From an uncultured delta proteobacterium (lineage in GTDB: Bacteria; Desulfobacterota; Syntrophobacteria; Syntrophobacterales; Syntrophobacteraceae): DNA of 64,000 bases. Positions 20,801 to 30,590 of this stretch are shown here, one piece after another. A model generated the notes under the pieces. It made no database searches, had not been told where the DNA came from, and saw nothing but the letters and a program-made list of their open reading frames with translations. Where the stretch lies: contig CAWEHK010000051.1 of assembly GCA_963808625.1 (NCBI GenBank), positions 97,425 through 161,424 of the forward strand, read 5' to 3'. The translations under genes and the position numbers were made by a program. Within the stretch, counting starts at the first letter, position 1; each line of letters begins with the position of its first letter.

Positions 20801-20811
20801 TTGGTAATTGA
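14838..20811 (+). CDS. ~1990-aa secreted surface protein: 14 LVIVD repeats, 13 FN3 domains, 2 PKD-like domains (several frameshifts)
   Basis: Signal MRWNF..AHA; 14 YAYVAD..GLQVIDVS-type repeats; 13 ISYP..FTVSW..YYYRVRA repeats; two YRF(D/S)WGDG..YCVKVQA units; homology continues across ORF breaks. Confidence 0.85.
17257..18888 (+). repeat. Tandem duplication of a three-FN3 unit (period 816 bp)
   Basis: ACCTACCCCGCCAAGACCTGTAGC at 17257 and 18073; FN3 domains 3-5 highly similar to 6-8 at DNA level. Confidence 0.85.
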
Positions 20812-20850
20812 CGACGCCCTTGCGGCAAAAACTGTGAGGGCCCTCTGATT

Positions 20851-21248
20851 TTTTTCTTGACAATTGCTTTCGTCTGCCCTAGTTAGTTAACAAACGCCGG
20901 TGGGGAATTGCATCGTGTCCTCGTTAATGAAATTAGAGCAAGTTGAGTGGGGTCAAGACTTATACGAAGCTTGTGCCGGGTTTTTTCCGAGTATACATTA
21001 GTGGATCTTTTTGGCTAACAATCTAAATATAAGGGGATATTTCGTAGCGCAGCAACAGGCAGTAACCACGGTTAAGGTCCAGCAGGCATATTGCTTTTTT
21101 TAATTGATGATTGAGATTAGGTAGAGAGGAGGTGAGATCCACTGCGCCCTGAGCAGGTGGAGTTTTGGTTTGACTGACAGGTGCTTGAAGACAGCCATTG
21201 TTGTTGTGGTAAGTTATCTTGGAATTTTTAGGCAGGAGGAAAGAGAGA
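20851..21248 (+). promoter_or_regulatory. Putative promoter and long leader of P3, with an orphan SD element at 21124-21137
   Basis: TTTTTCTTGACAATTGCTTT and GAGAGGAGGTGAGATCCA, both conserved upstream of P4. Confidence 0.5.
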
Positions 21249-22401
21249 ATGTTTAAAAAAGCAGTGTTTTTCTCATTGGCAGTTGTGTGGTTGCTTGTGG
21301 GGGTCACCACCATGGCCTCTGCTGCACAGAACGTTGGGAACACTTCTCAGAAAGGCAGTGTTCTGATTTTCCCGAAGATTGACGTTACGCCGGGGAGGGA
21401 CACGATCATTCAGCATCAGCAATGATTACCCCCGTGGTGTCATGATCAAATGCTACTGGGTGAACTATGACCAGGAAATTCAGGATTTCATGTTCCTCGT
21501 TACGATCACTCAGCCGGTGTGGTTCCGGGCGTCCGACGGATTGGGCACGGGCAGCTACAACAACGACCCGACCACTCAGCCCGTCACCGTTCCGCCCTTT
21601 TTCCCTGAGAGCGTTGGCGAATTGAAGTGCTGGGCGGTCAATTTCGAAGGGACCCAGCAAATTAGCTGGAATCATCTGTCAGGCAACGCCATGGTTCTCG
21701 ATTACATCAATCAAACAGCGTATGAATACAATTCGGTTAATTTCACGGCTCGCGGAGTTGCCCTGGCCGGCACGGTTCGTCCCGCAGGCACGATCAATCT
21801 GAGCGGCGCGGCCAACCAGTACGATGCGTGCCCGCAGTATCTGGTGTTCAATTTCTTCACTTATGATCCAACGGTGGGCAGCACCAGGGTCGTGGACATC
21901 GACGGTCAAGGCGCTGCGGTGAGGTTTAACAAGACCGACCTTACGCTGGTTCCCTGCAAGCAGGACCTGCGCCAGGATCGCGTTCCCACTTGCACGAAGG
22001 CCAAGTTTGACATCTGGAACGAAAATGAAACCAAGTACACCGGCGCCTACCAGTGCCTGAAGTGCTGGTTTGAAGGCTACCTGAACGACATCGGCACGGC
22101 CTTGGGGCATCCCGGCGGGTTTGGTGGTGAAAAGTTCACCTATCCGGGTCTGCACACCACCATGGGACGCGCGCGGGTGACCGGCGTTGCCAGTACGGTG
22201 TGTAACGGTAAGTACCCGTGTTCCACCCAGGTCAATTCGCCATTGCTTGGCATTACCTCGACCCAGGTTGAATTCCTCACTCCGGGCCAAAAGATGGAGC
22301 TGATTGCGGCCGAAGCTGTTGGCGCGGGGACGTACACGGCTGACCCCGTCAGTATCCAGTGGGATATTCAGCGGGAGCCGGAAGAGGTTTCCGGAAGGTA
22401 G
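21249..22401 (+). CDS. Cys-rich secreted protein, paralog P3 (frameshift near 21410)
   Basis: AGGAGG RBS, signal peptide, NTSQKGSVLIFPKI, KCYW, LKCWAV, YDACP, LVPCKQDLRQD, IWNENETKYTGAYQCLKC. Confidence 0.8.
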
Positions 22402-22438
22402 AATTCGTTCTTCTTGAGCTCTAATCAATGGTAATGCT

Positions 22439-22472
22439 AGGGGGGCAAGGAGGTGTCCTTGCTCCCCTTTCT
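22439..22472 (+). terminator. Intrinsic terminator after P3
   Basis: GGGGGCAAGGA-GGTG-TCCTTGCTCCCC followed by TTT. Confidence 0.65.
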
Positions 22473-22804
22473 CTTGTGGCGACTCTGCCGAGTCCGGAAG
22501 AGTGAGACAGCAAGCGGGAAAAGACGAAAGTGTTTCAACCAAACTCTACTCCTGCGCGTGTTGCTTCGTGTCCTTGATTACGGCACCAGCCCCTGACCGT
22601 TATGCAGGCAGTCGCTGTGCAGTACACAAACGAATTCTTCCATACGAGGTTTTGCTTTATGTTGAGGAAGATTTTTTCACTGGTTAGCAGCAACCAGCCC
22701 GATCAGCAAATCGCTTACCGATCACCGGCCCGGCGGAAGAATCCGGCGCCTGTTCGTGCCCCCGCAGAGGGCCTCGACTGCAACTGCATGGTGCCTCGCT
22801 GACG

Positions 22805-23562
22805 ATGCTCCTCATTTTGGGCCTGTTCCTTCCTGCATGCTTGCAGGCAGCCCAGGACGAAGTGAAAGTCTTGCGTGAGCGCGCAACCACCCTCTGGGAA
22901 GCCCGCGTGAAGGGTGACTGGGCGACGATTTTTGACTATCTTATCCGCCGAGGAAAAGAAAGGGAGGGACGAAGGAACAGTATGTCCAATTCACCAAGGA
23001 AAAGGGGCCGTTCCGTTACCTTTCATACAAGCTTGGGGACGTTGATGTCGATGGTGATGTTGGTTGGGTAAAGACAACCTATGATATGGAACCGATGCAG
23101 TTTCCGGGGCTGCCCCCGCATCATATGGACACGGTACAGTTGTGGGAAAAACGTGACGGCAACTGGTACCCGATTCCGAAGGACCGACAAGAAGATGTGC
23201 CGCGTCTTCCGCCTCGCCTGCGACCGCTCAAGGAAGAGAACGCCGTGATGGCACGCGCGAACGAGTTCTGGCAGGCCCGTGAGAAAGGCGACTATGGGAC
23301 GGTCTATCAGTTCTGCGCTCCCGCCTTCCGCGAGAAGGTTGCAAAGGAAGAGTTTCTGAGCAAGAAGGCCCTTAATATTTACGTTGGCCACCAAATCCTC
23401 TTTGCAGAGGTGGCGGGCGACCGTGCCAAGGTCAAGGCAACCATTGCATACCGACCGAATGATCCGAGTTTGACCAAGATCGATCCCGCCGAGGAAACCG
23501 TTATGCAGGAATGGATCAAGGTGAAGGACCAGTGGTACCTCGACGTTAAGGAACCGGGGTAA
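22805..23562 (+). CDS. Exported hypothetical protein with two internal repeats, NTF2/SnoaL-like (frameshifted)
   Basis: LRERATTLWEARVKGDWATIFDY vs MARANEFWQAREKGDYGTVYQF; each unit ends W...DGNWY / WIKVKDQWY. Confidence 0.55.
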
Positions 23563-23676
23563 TCACAAACGGAGGCAGCTACATGTCCGGAACCGGCGAT
23601 GCGTGCAATTTACCTTGAATGGCATGACGTCAGTCTCGGGTTCAAGATTCACTAATTTTCGCAGCGGAGAGATCGC

Positions 23677-25100
23677 ATGGAGCGTTTTGTTAGATTTGTG
23701 TTTCACGACCTATTGATCCTTGCAACAGTAGTTTGCCTGGCATCGTGCGCGGGCGTCCAGACCCAACCCTCTAAGCCCGCCCAGGAACAACCGGCCCCAA
23801 AATTTAGACTTTCAGCCTCCGGTTTGGCCGCAACGGGTATGTGGAAATGCACACCGTTGGTCACCGACGTAAATCGCGACGGACACCTGGATATCATCGC
23901 CATTGCGCGCCTCGGTGATGGCGCACACGTCTCGCTTGGAGATGGGAAGGGCAACTGGACGGACTCCTCAGAAGGCCTCAAGATGAAGGGCGGATCCTGT
24001 GGAGGCGGGGTGGCTGTTGGTGACATTAACCGAGACGGTCACCTCGACCTGGTTGTTGCCGACCATTGCAGCGGCGTATATGTCTATCTGTCCGACGGGG
24101 CTGGACACTGGAAGGCAGTCACTGAGGGTCTCTATCCACCTGCTGTGAATGCCAAGGTCCAGGGCACAGGACGAGGAGCTGAAACAGATTTTCATTGGTT
24201 CTGAGGACATCGCTCTTGGCGACATCAATGGGGATGGCTTCCTCGATATCGTGGCTGCGGCTTCGGATCAGGGTGGTTTTTCGGTCTATCTTGGTAATGG
24301 CACGGGTAAGAATTGGAAACTCTGCCAAGGCTAACGGCCTGCCTGATTTGGAAAATCCCGAACCCGAAGACGAGGACAATGCCGGGTGGGCCAACCGGGT
24401 GATACTCCGTGATGTGAACGGAGACGGCCAGCTTGATGTCGTGGCATCATACTACAAGGGACCCAGGGTGTGGCTTGGTGACGGTAAAGGCCACTTCAAG
24501 AGCGTTTCTCAGGGACTTCCTTCGCCGTAATTGGCGGCCTGTACCGCGGGCTGGAGCTCGCAGACATCAATAAAGACGGGCTTTTGGACATCGTTGCGGC
24601 CAACGATGTGAATGGTCCGGAAGGTTTTCTACAACAGCCTGGTGGCTCATGGAATCCGACCGGTGACCTCATGCCGTCCATGCAGAACGGGGCCGTTGGT
24701 ATTGCTGTGGCTGACTTCGATAACGATGGTAACCTTGATCTTGTGGTCGCGCGGCCGCAAGGTAAAGGAGATGGGGAACAATTACGGCCTTTACCTCCTC
24801 CAAGGAGACGGCAGGGGCGGTTTCAAAGAACTGGTGGCAACGAACCTCCCGGCGAAGGGTCTCTCAGTGACCTGGGGAGTAGCCGTGGGCGATGTCAATG
24901 AAGATGGTCTCATTGACTTTGTCGCCGCCACCGGGGGCGCCGTGGCCGGATCAGCCGGTGCCAAACTTCCTCCCCAAGCCAAAACACGCCCTGATACAAA
25001 AGCCAAGAAACCGGTGGAGAAAGAGAAGCCGGCCAGCGATTCGATCGCGGAACTGCCCCTGCCGCGCATGCAGGCATGGGTTAACGAAGGCGTTCATTGA
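23677..25100 (+). CDS. FG-GAP/VCBS repeat beta-propeller lipoprotein (frameshifted)
   Basis: Lipobox LASC; seven D(V/I/F)(N/D)xDGxxD repeats spread over the split ORFs. Confidence 0.8.
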
Positions 25101-25147
25101 GGTCTGGCTCACGTCGCCACTAACTGGAACTGAGGTATCAAGGAACC

Positions 25148-26781
25148 ATGTTCCAACAACATAATTGGCGAAAACTCTTAATCATCTCACTCAGCCTGAT
25201 GGGGGTGCTGGCGGCCACTCTTGCCGGGCTCTCCCATCGGCTGGAGTGGCTCGCCTCCCTGTGCACCGGCTTTGGTGATGGCTGCCGCGAAACGGTCGAC
25301 TTTCAATTGTTGGGCATGCCTGTCTGGCTCTGGGGGGTGATCTATTACCTCCTTGTTTCCTTGCTCCTCTTCCGCGCGTATGCTTTCTCTTCTGGCTCAT
25401 TGCCGCCGGCTTCGGAGTGGAGCTTGGCCTCATGTGGACGATGTTTTCCATGAAGGCCATTTGCGTTTTCTGCCTGGCCAATTTTCTCCTGGTCACCGGC
25501 GATGATGCTTTGCATCCTTGAAAGAGCGCGCATCTGGCAGAGCCTTACCGTGACCTTTGCGCGCCCTGCTGTTTACTGCGGTGATGGTCCCTTATGAGAA
25601 CAGCAATCTCGTTGCCGCAAGAGAAAGGCAGAATCCCGTTGTTGCGGCAATCGTCGCCGGTCAGGAGATTTCCTATGACGAACTCGTGCGCCCCGTGGCC
25701 TCGCGGATTTACGACCTGCAGCAACAGATCTATCACCTTGAACGAGACCTTTTGGACCAGTTGGTTGCGAAGATGGTTCTCGAGAAGGAAGCCGAACGAC
25801 AAGGAAAACCGCTTCAGGAATTGATCAAAGGCTATATCGGTGCGCAAAATATAGCCTGTGGGAGACCAGGAGGTTGACAATTACTATGCGGAAAATCGTG
25901 CTCGTTGGAACGAATGGAAAGGTTCCGAGCAAGAACTCTATGACCCAGATCCGAGCTTACCTTCAGCAGCAAAAGATTCAACAGAGAGTGCTGGAGTATG
26001 CTAAGTCTTTGAATCCGAAGTATGGTGTGGTCATCAATCTTAAGGAGCCCCCGTCGCCAACCATCCAGGTCGCCATTGGAAAGGACGATCCCGTGCTTGG
26101 TCCTGAAAATGCCCCTCTTACCATTGTCGAGTTCTCAGATTACCAGTGTCCGGCCTGCCGGAAAAACCATGAGGTGGTGCGCGAACTCAGGGGCCTCTAC
26201 AAGGAGCGAATCCGATGGATTTTCAAAGACTTCCCCATGCCCGGCCACAAATGGGCCAAGGGTGCGGCCCTGGCTGCACGTTGCGCTGCTGAACAGGGTA
26301 AGTTCTGGCAATACCAGGACATGCTGTTCGCCAGTCAGGATGAACTTTCCCCGGACCGTTTGACTCAGTTCGCCAAGGAGCTCGGGCTGCCGTTGGAACC
26401 CTTCCACTGAATGCCTTGAAGCCAATAGATTTCAGAACAATGTTGAAAGAGAGCGTCGAGGAGGGGAAGAAATTTGGGCTCAATTCCACTCCGACTTTTG
26501 TCATCAACAATCGCCTCGTTTCCGGGGCGCCGCCGCTTGATCGTTTCAAAAAGATTATTGACGAGGAGCTTGAGAAGGCTCGAGAAAAGCAGCTAGGGAA
26601 TGGAAGAGCCGAGCCTGCCTCATTGGCAAACCGTCCCGACAAGATCGAACGGCGGAAAAGACATTTTTTCGACTTTCCCATGGATATAATATTTTTCTTG
26701 ACAGATGCTTTTCTTTCTTATAATTTTACTCACAGCAATGCTGGACTGGGCCAAAACCGAATGGAATCTTACTGGAATTAA
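25148..26781 (+). CDS. VKOR + SurA-N-like helical region + DsbA/thioredoxin fusion (frameshifted; true stop may be TAG at 26594-26596)
   Basis: VKOR loop LCTGFGDGC, LLGMPVWLWG and ICVFC; VVAAIVAGQEISYDEL..LLDQLV; LGPENAPLTIVEFSDYQCPAC, KDFPM, NSTPTFVIN. Confidence 0.75.
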
Positions 26782-27076
26782 TGAGATAAGATTTCACTTT
26801 AACCGTCCTCATCAGAGGGCGTAGCGTAGTGTCAAAAGATGGTTAAGATGTGTGCGGTTCTGAAGTTCGTGCTGCCGGTTTCTAAAGGGGTGCTGCAAGA
26901 GTGTTTGATGCTGGGGAGTTGGCGTCTGCATTGCGGAACTCGGAGAGATCCCCATCGAGAGGAGGTGAGACCCAGGGCCAAAGCAGATAAAAGCTTGGAC
27001 TGAACTGTCTTTAAGTGTACTGATGTGAGATAGTTAATCAGTTACAGGACTTTTATGAAGCAGGAGGAAGGAAAGT
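26692..27076 (+). promoter_or_regulatory. Putative sigma70 promoter and long leader of P4, with an orphan SD at 26957-26970
   Basis: TTGACA 26698-26703 and TATAAT 26719-26724 (spacer only 15 nt); GAGAGGAGGTGAGACCCA. Confidence 0.55.
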
Positions 27077-28238
27077 ATGTTTAGGAAAACGATGGTTTTT
27101 TCTCTGGCAGTCGCGCTGGTGCTGATGGGGCTCTGCACGTATGGCCTCTGCGGCTCAGAATGTGACCAACACGTCTCAGAAAGGCAGTCTGCTGATCTTC
27201 CCCAAGATCGACACCTCTGCGATTGGACGAAAGCGGCTTTTATCGCGACACGATTGTGATGATCGGCAATGACTATTTTACCGAAGTTTGGGTTAAGTGT
27301 TACTGGGTGAACGCCGAGCAGGAAATTCAGGATTTCATGTTCCGCCTGACACCCAACCAGCCGGTTTGGTTCAGGGCCTCCGATGGCGCGGGAACCGGTT
27401 ATTACGATGATATTCAGGCCCCGTCACCGTGCCTCCGTTCTTTGACGGGTTATGGCGTCGTCGGTGAGCTCAAGTGCTGGGCGGTCGATGCCGTGGGCGA
27501 AAACCGAATTTCCTTCAACCACTGTATGGCAACGCCATCATTCTTGATCCCGTGCATGCCGCTGCCTTCGAGTATAACGCATGGGCCTTTACCGCCCGCG
27601 GGGTAGCACTGAACGGCACCGTAGGCACGCGCGGGCACCCTCGTCCTTTCCGGCGCCGACCGCGCTTATGATGCCTGCCCGAGCTATCTTGTTTTCAACT
27701 TTTTCTCCAAGGGCGCCAGCCATCAATCTACCGGATAAGGGCGGCTTTGCAACGTTCGTCAATACCGATCTGACCCTCGTTCCCTGTATCCAGGACCTGC
27801 GCCAGGACCGTGTTCCCACCTGCACCAAGGCCAAGTTCGATATCTGGAACGAGAATGAGACCAAGTACACCGGCGCCTATCAGTGCCTCAAGTGCTGGTT
27901 CGAAGGCTACCTTGGCGATATCGGTAGCTACACCATTGGATACGGCGGCGAGAAGTTCTGGTACAAGAATCTTCACACCACCGCGGGCCGCTTCCGGGTC
28001 GAAGGCATACCTAGCTACGGTGTGCAAGTTCGGTGTAGCGGGTTACCCGTTCGCCAAATGTCCTGTGGGTGCCGGGGTTCGCAGTCCTCTGCTTGGTCTG
28101 ATCAGCACGGAAATCAAGTTTACTTCCGATCCGTATGATGCGCTGGCCGGCACCACCCCGAACACCGCGGGAACGGGCATCGCCTCGACCATTCTGTGGG
28201 ATTATCAGGACGGCACCTCCGGAGGCCCCGGCCAATAG
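27077..28238 (+). CDS. Cys-rich secreted protein, paralog P4 (several frameshifts)
   Basis: AGGAGG RBS, signal, NTSQKGSLLIFPKI, KCYW, LTPNQPVWFRASDG, LKCWAV, YDACP; 41-aa block identical to P3. Confidence 0.8.
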
Positions 28239-28283
28239 TCAGGTTAGACATACCGGATTTGTCGATCCTGAAAACTGGATGTC

Positions 28284-28320
28284 AAGGGGAGAAAGGCTCA
28301 GGCCTTTCTCCCCTTTCTGT
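28284..28320 (+). terminator. Intrinsic terminator after P4
   Basis: AAGGGGAGAAAGG-CTCAGG-CCTTTCTCCCCTT then a T-rich tail. Confidence 0.8.
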
Positions 28321-28482
28321 TTCATGCCCGCTTATCTTATCTCGTGCGCTCCTTCGGAGTCAGAAGTCACGATTCAAATAGTCCTTCCCGGTCGGGTGTT
28401 GTCATCCGCATCGAATCTTACATCGACCCGCTATTCCCGCGTTTCCTATGCGACCTGGTTGGTCATGGGGATTATCGAGAAG

Positions 28483-28889
28483 TCACTTCATGCCCTTGTC
28501 AGCCACCTTGATTTCATCGATCTCGGGCAAATCCTCCAGATCATCTTCCAACAGCTCGATGAACAGTCCATCTTGAGCTGAATTCTGCGCATCCCTCTCA
28601 AAATCCGACAAGGGCGTCACTTGGTCACTGACTTCACCCAGGATGGACAACTCTTGAAAGGTCCAGCCCTAAAGTCCTCGGCGAAATCGGCATCCTCGGC
28701 TTTCACCACCGGCTTCCTTTATTATTTCGCCCAGGCCCCCGTCCTTTAACAACCTTCCAACAGAAATGGGACCTCTGCCTTGGCCGCCGAGAAACCAAGC
28801 TGTTGCCTTATAGCCGTCAGATCCGCCCCACATTTCCGGCATTCAGACAGGTAATCAAAACTAACAAACCCGCATTTCTGGCACTTCAT
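28483..28889 (-). CDS. Zinc-ribbon protein with acidic tail (frameshifted; not in the ORF track)
   Basis: Manual translation MKCQKCGFVSFDYLSECRKCGADL...; acidic C-terminus IELLEDDLEDLPEIDEIK. Confidence 0.6.
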
Positions 28890-28973
28890 AGCAGTCCCTT
28901 CCTGACCGGAGTGGACAAACCGGCCCTAGCTGGATGACATTCGCTTTACCCTAGAGAGGACACCTCACCTGAT

Positions 28974-29761
28974 TCAACTCTGTAAGGGGTCACCGAGGTC
29001 TCCCCAGAGCAATTGCACAGCTGCCAGGAGGGCGACGGCAGCGGTTTCCAGGCGCAGGGTCCTGGGCCCAAGGTGCACTGGATAAAACTCTGCGGCCCGA
29101 ACTGGTCCCCTTCATGCTGCGACCATCCTCCTTCCGGACCGATCACCACCAGTATCTCCCGGCACTCAGAGTGTGCATGGAAAAGGGAGAGAAGCCCCTG
29201 CCTGTTCGGCCTGCTCCTTGGCCAGGATCTTCAGACCTCGCCCACCCTCGGTTACCAACGTGGGAATACTCGCGCAATGAGTTCCGTCGTATCGGGAAGA
29301 ATGAGAATTTCGGGAAGACGCGTTCTTCCACATTGACACAAGGCCTCGCCAGTGATCTTTCGCCACCGTTCTTTCCGCTTGTCAATCTGAGATCCTGGCA
29401 GAGAATAGTCACTGCGTTCGGCCCGAAAGGCGACAAAACGATGGACTCCCATCTCGGTCGCCTGTCGCAGGACTAACTCCATCCGGTCGGAACGAGAGAA
29501 AGCCAAAGCCAGCGTCAGTCTCAGGGGCGATTCTTTCCGGACCGTTTGCTTACTCCACCAGCGCAACCGCACCTCTTTCCTTTGCATTTCCCTGATGATG
29601 GCATTCCATCCATTGCCCTGCCCATCTCTCAGTTCGATGCTGTCCCCCGGCCTCAAACGAAGCACCTTGCGGACATGGTGCGCCACATCGTCCGCAAGCC
29701 TGACCACCTCCGCCCCGGGCTCTTGAGGCTCAATGAGGAAACACTTTCGAGTCATTCTCAA
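28974..29761 (-). CDS. rsmE: 16S rRNA (uracil1498-N3)-methyltransferase (frameshifted)
   Basis: HHVRKVLRLRPGD, QATEMGV, EALCQCGR, VIGPEGG, RLETAA. Confidence 0.9.
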
Positions 29762-29791
29762 TTCTCATATGCTAAACATACTATTGTAGCA

Positions 29792-30585
29792 CTAGAGTCC
29801 AAGCATCTCCGCCATATACCAGCGATAGAATTCCTCTCCCCAGAAAACATAAAGCAATGCCCCCGAGGCAAGAAAAGGTCCGAAGGGGAGCATGGTGCCA
29901 AGGCCTTGCCGGCTTCTCCACATGACGATCAGTCCCACTGCGGTCCCGATCAGGGAAGCACTGAGGACCGTAAACACTACTCCCGGTAGACCGAGAAAAG
30001 CTCCGATCATCGCCAGGAGTTTGATATCCCCGCCTCCGAGACCGTCCTTATGTCGCAAATACTGGTACCCAATGGCCACCAGGAAGAAGAACCCGCCCCC
30101 AAGAACGATTCCCAGCGAGGGAGTCCAACCACGAGAGACGCAGGGGAAATGAAAGAAAAGGCAAATCCTACAACCGTTCCGGTAATCGAAAGAACGTCGG
30201 GAATCAGATAGGTATCCAGGTCAATGAAAGTGATAAGGAGGAGCAGGGAGACGAGGACCAACTCGCAAAAGAACTGAGGAGTAAACCCGTAGTGCAAAAA
30301 CAGGAGCAAGGTCAGGACCCCGGTCAGCCCCTCCACCAGAGGATACCGCAATGGAATACGTGCTCCGCAGTGGCGGCATTTTCCTCTCAAGATCAGATAA
30401 CTCAGCAGCGGAATATTGTCATACCAGGCAATGGGATGATTACAGAGTGGACAATGCGACCCCGGGCTGACGATCGATTCTCCACCGGGCAAACGATGAA
30501 TAACAACGTTATAGAAGCTGCCAAGGCAGCAGCCCGCAAAGAACACGAACACTTCCTGGAGACTGGAAGGAATAGCGAAGGACAC
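29792..30585 (-). CDS. pilD: Prepilin peptidase/N-methyltransferase (frameshift near 30125)
   Basis: GSFYNVVIHRLP, SHCPLC, WYDNIPLLSYL.LRGKCRHC, FIDLD, GLGGGDIKL, PFGPFL. Confidence 0.92.
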
Positions 30586-30590
30586 CGGTT

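Noticed and set aside
21930..27915. Diversity-generating retroelement TR/VR pair between P3 and P4
   Set aside because: Differences are synonymous third-position changes, not adenine-specific; no reverse transcriptase gene
11569..28238. Paralogs as c-type cytochromes or nanowire proteins
   Set aside because: CxxC motifs are followed by W or F, never H; no CxxCH
7964..28320. Surface locus as a tRNA-integrated genomic island
   Set aside because: The locus lies on the 5' side of tRNA-Phe; no integrase and no duplicated tRNA 3' end seen
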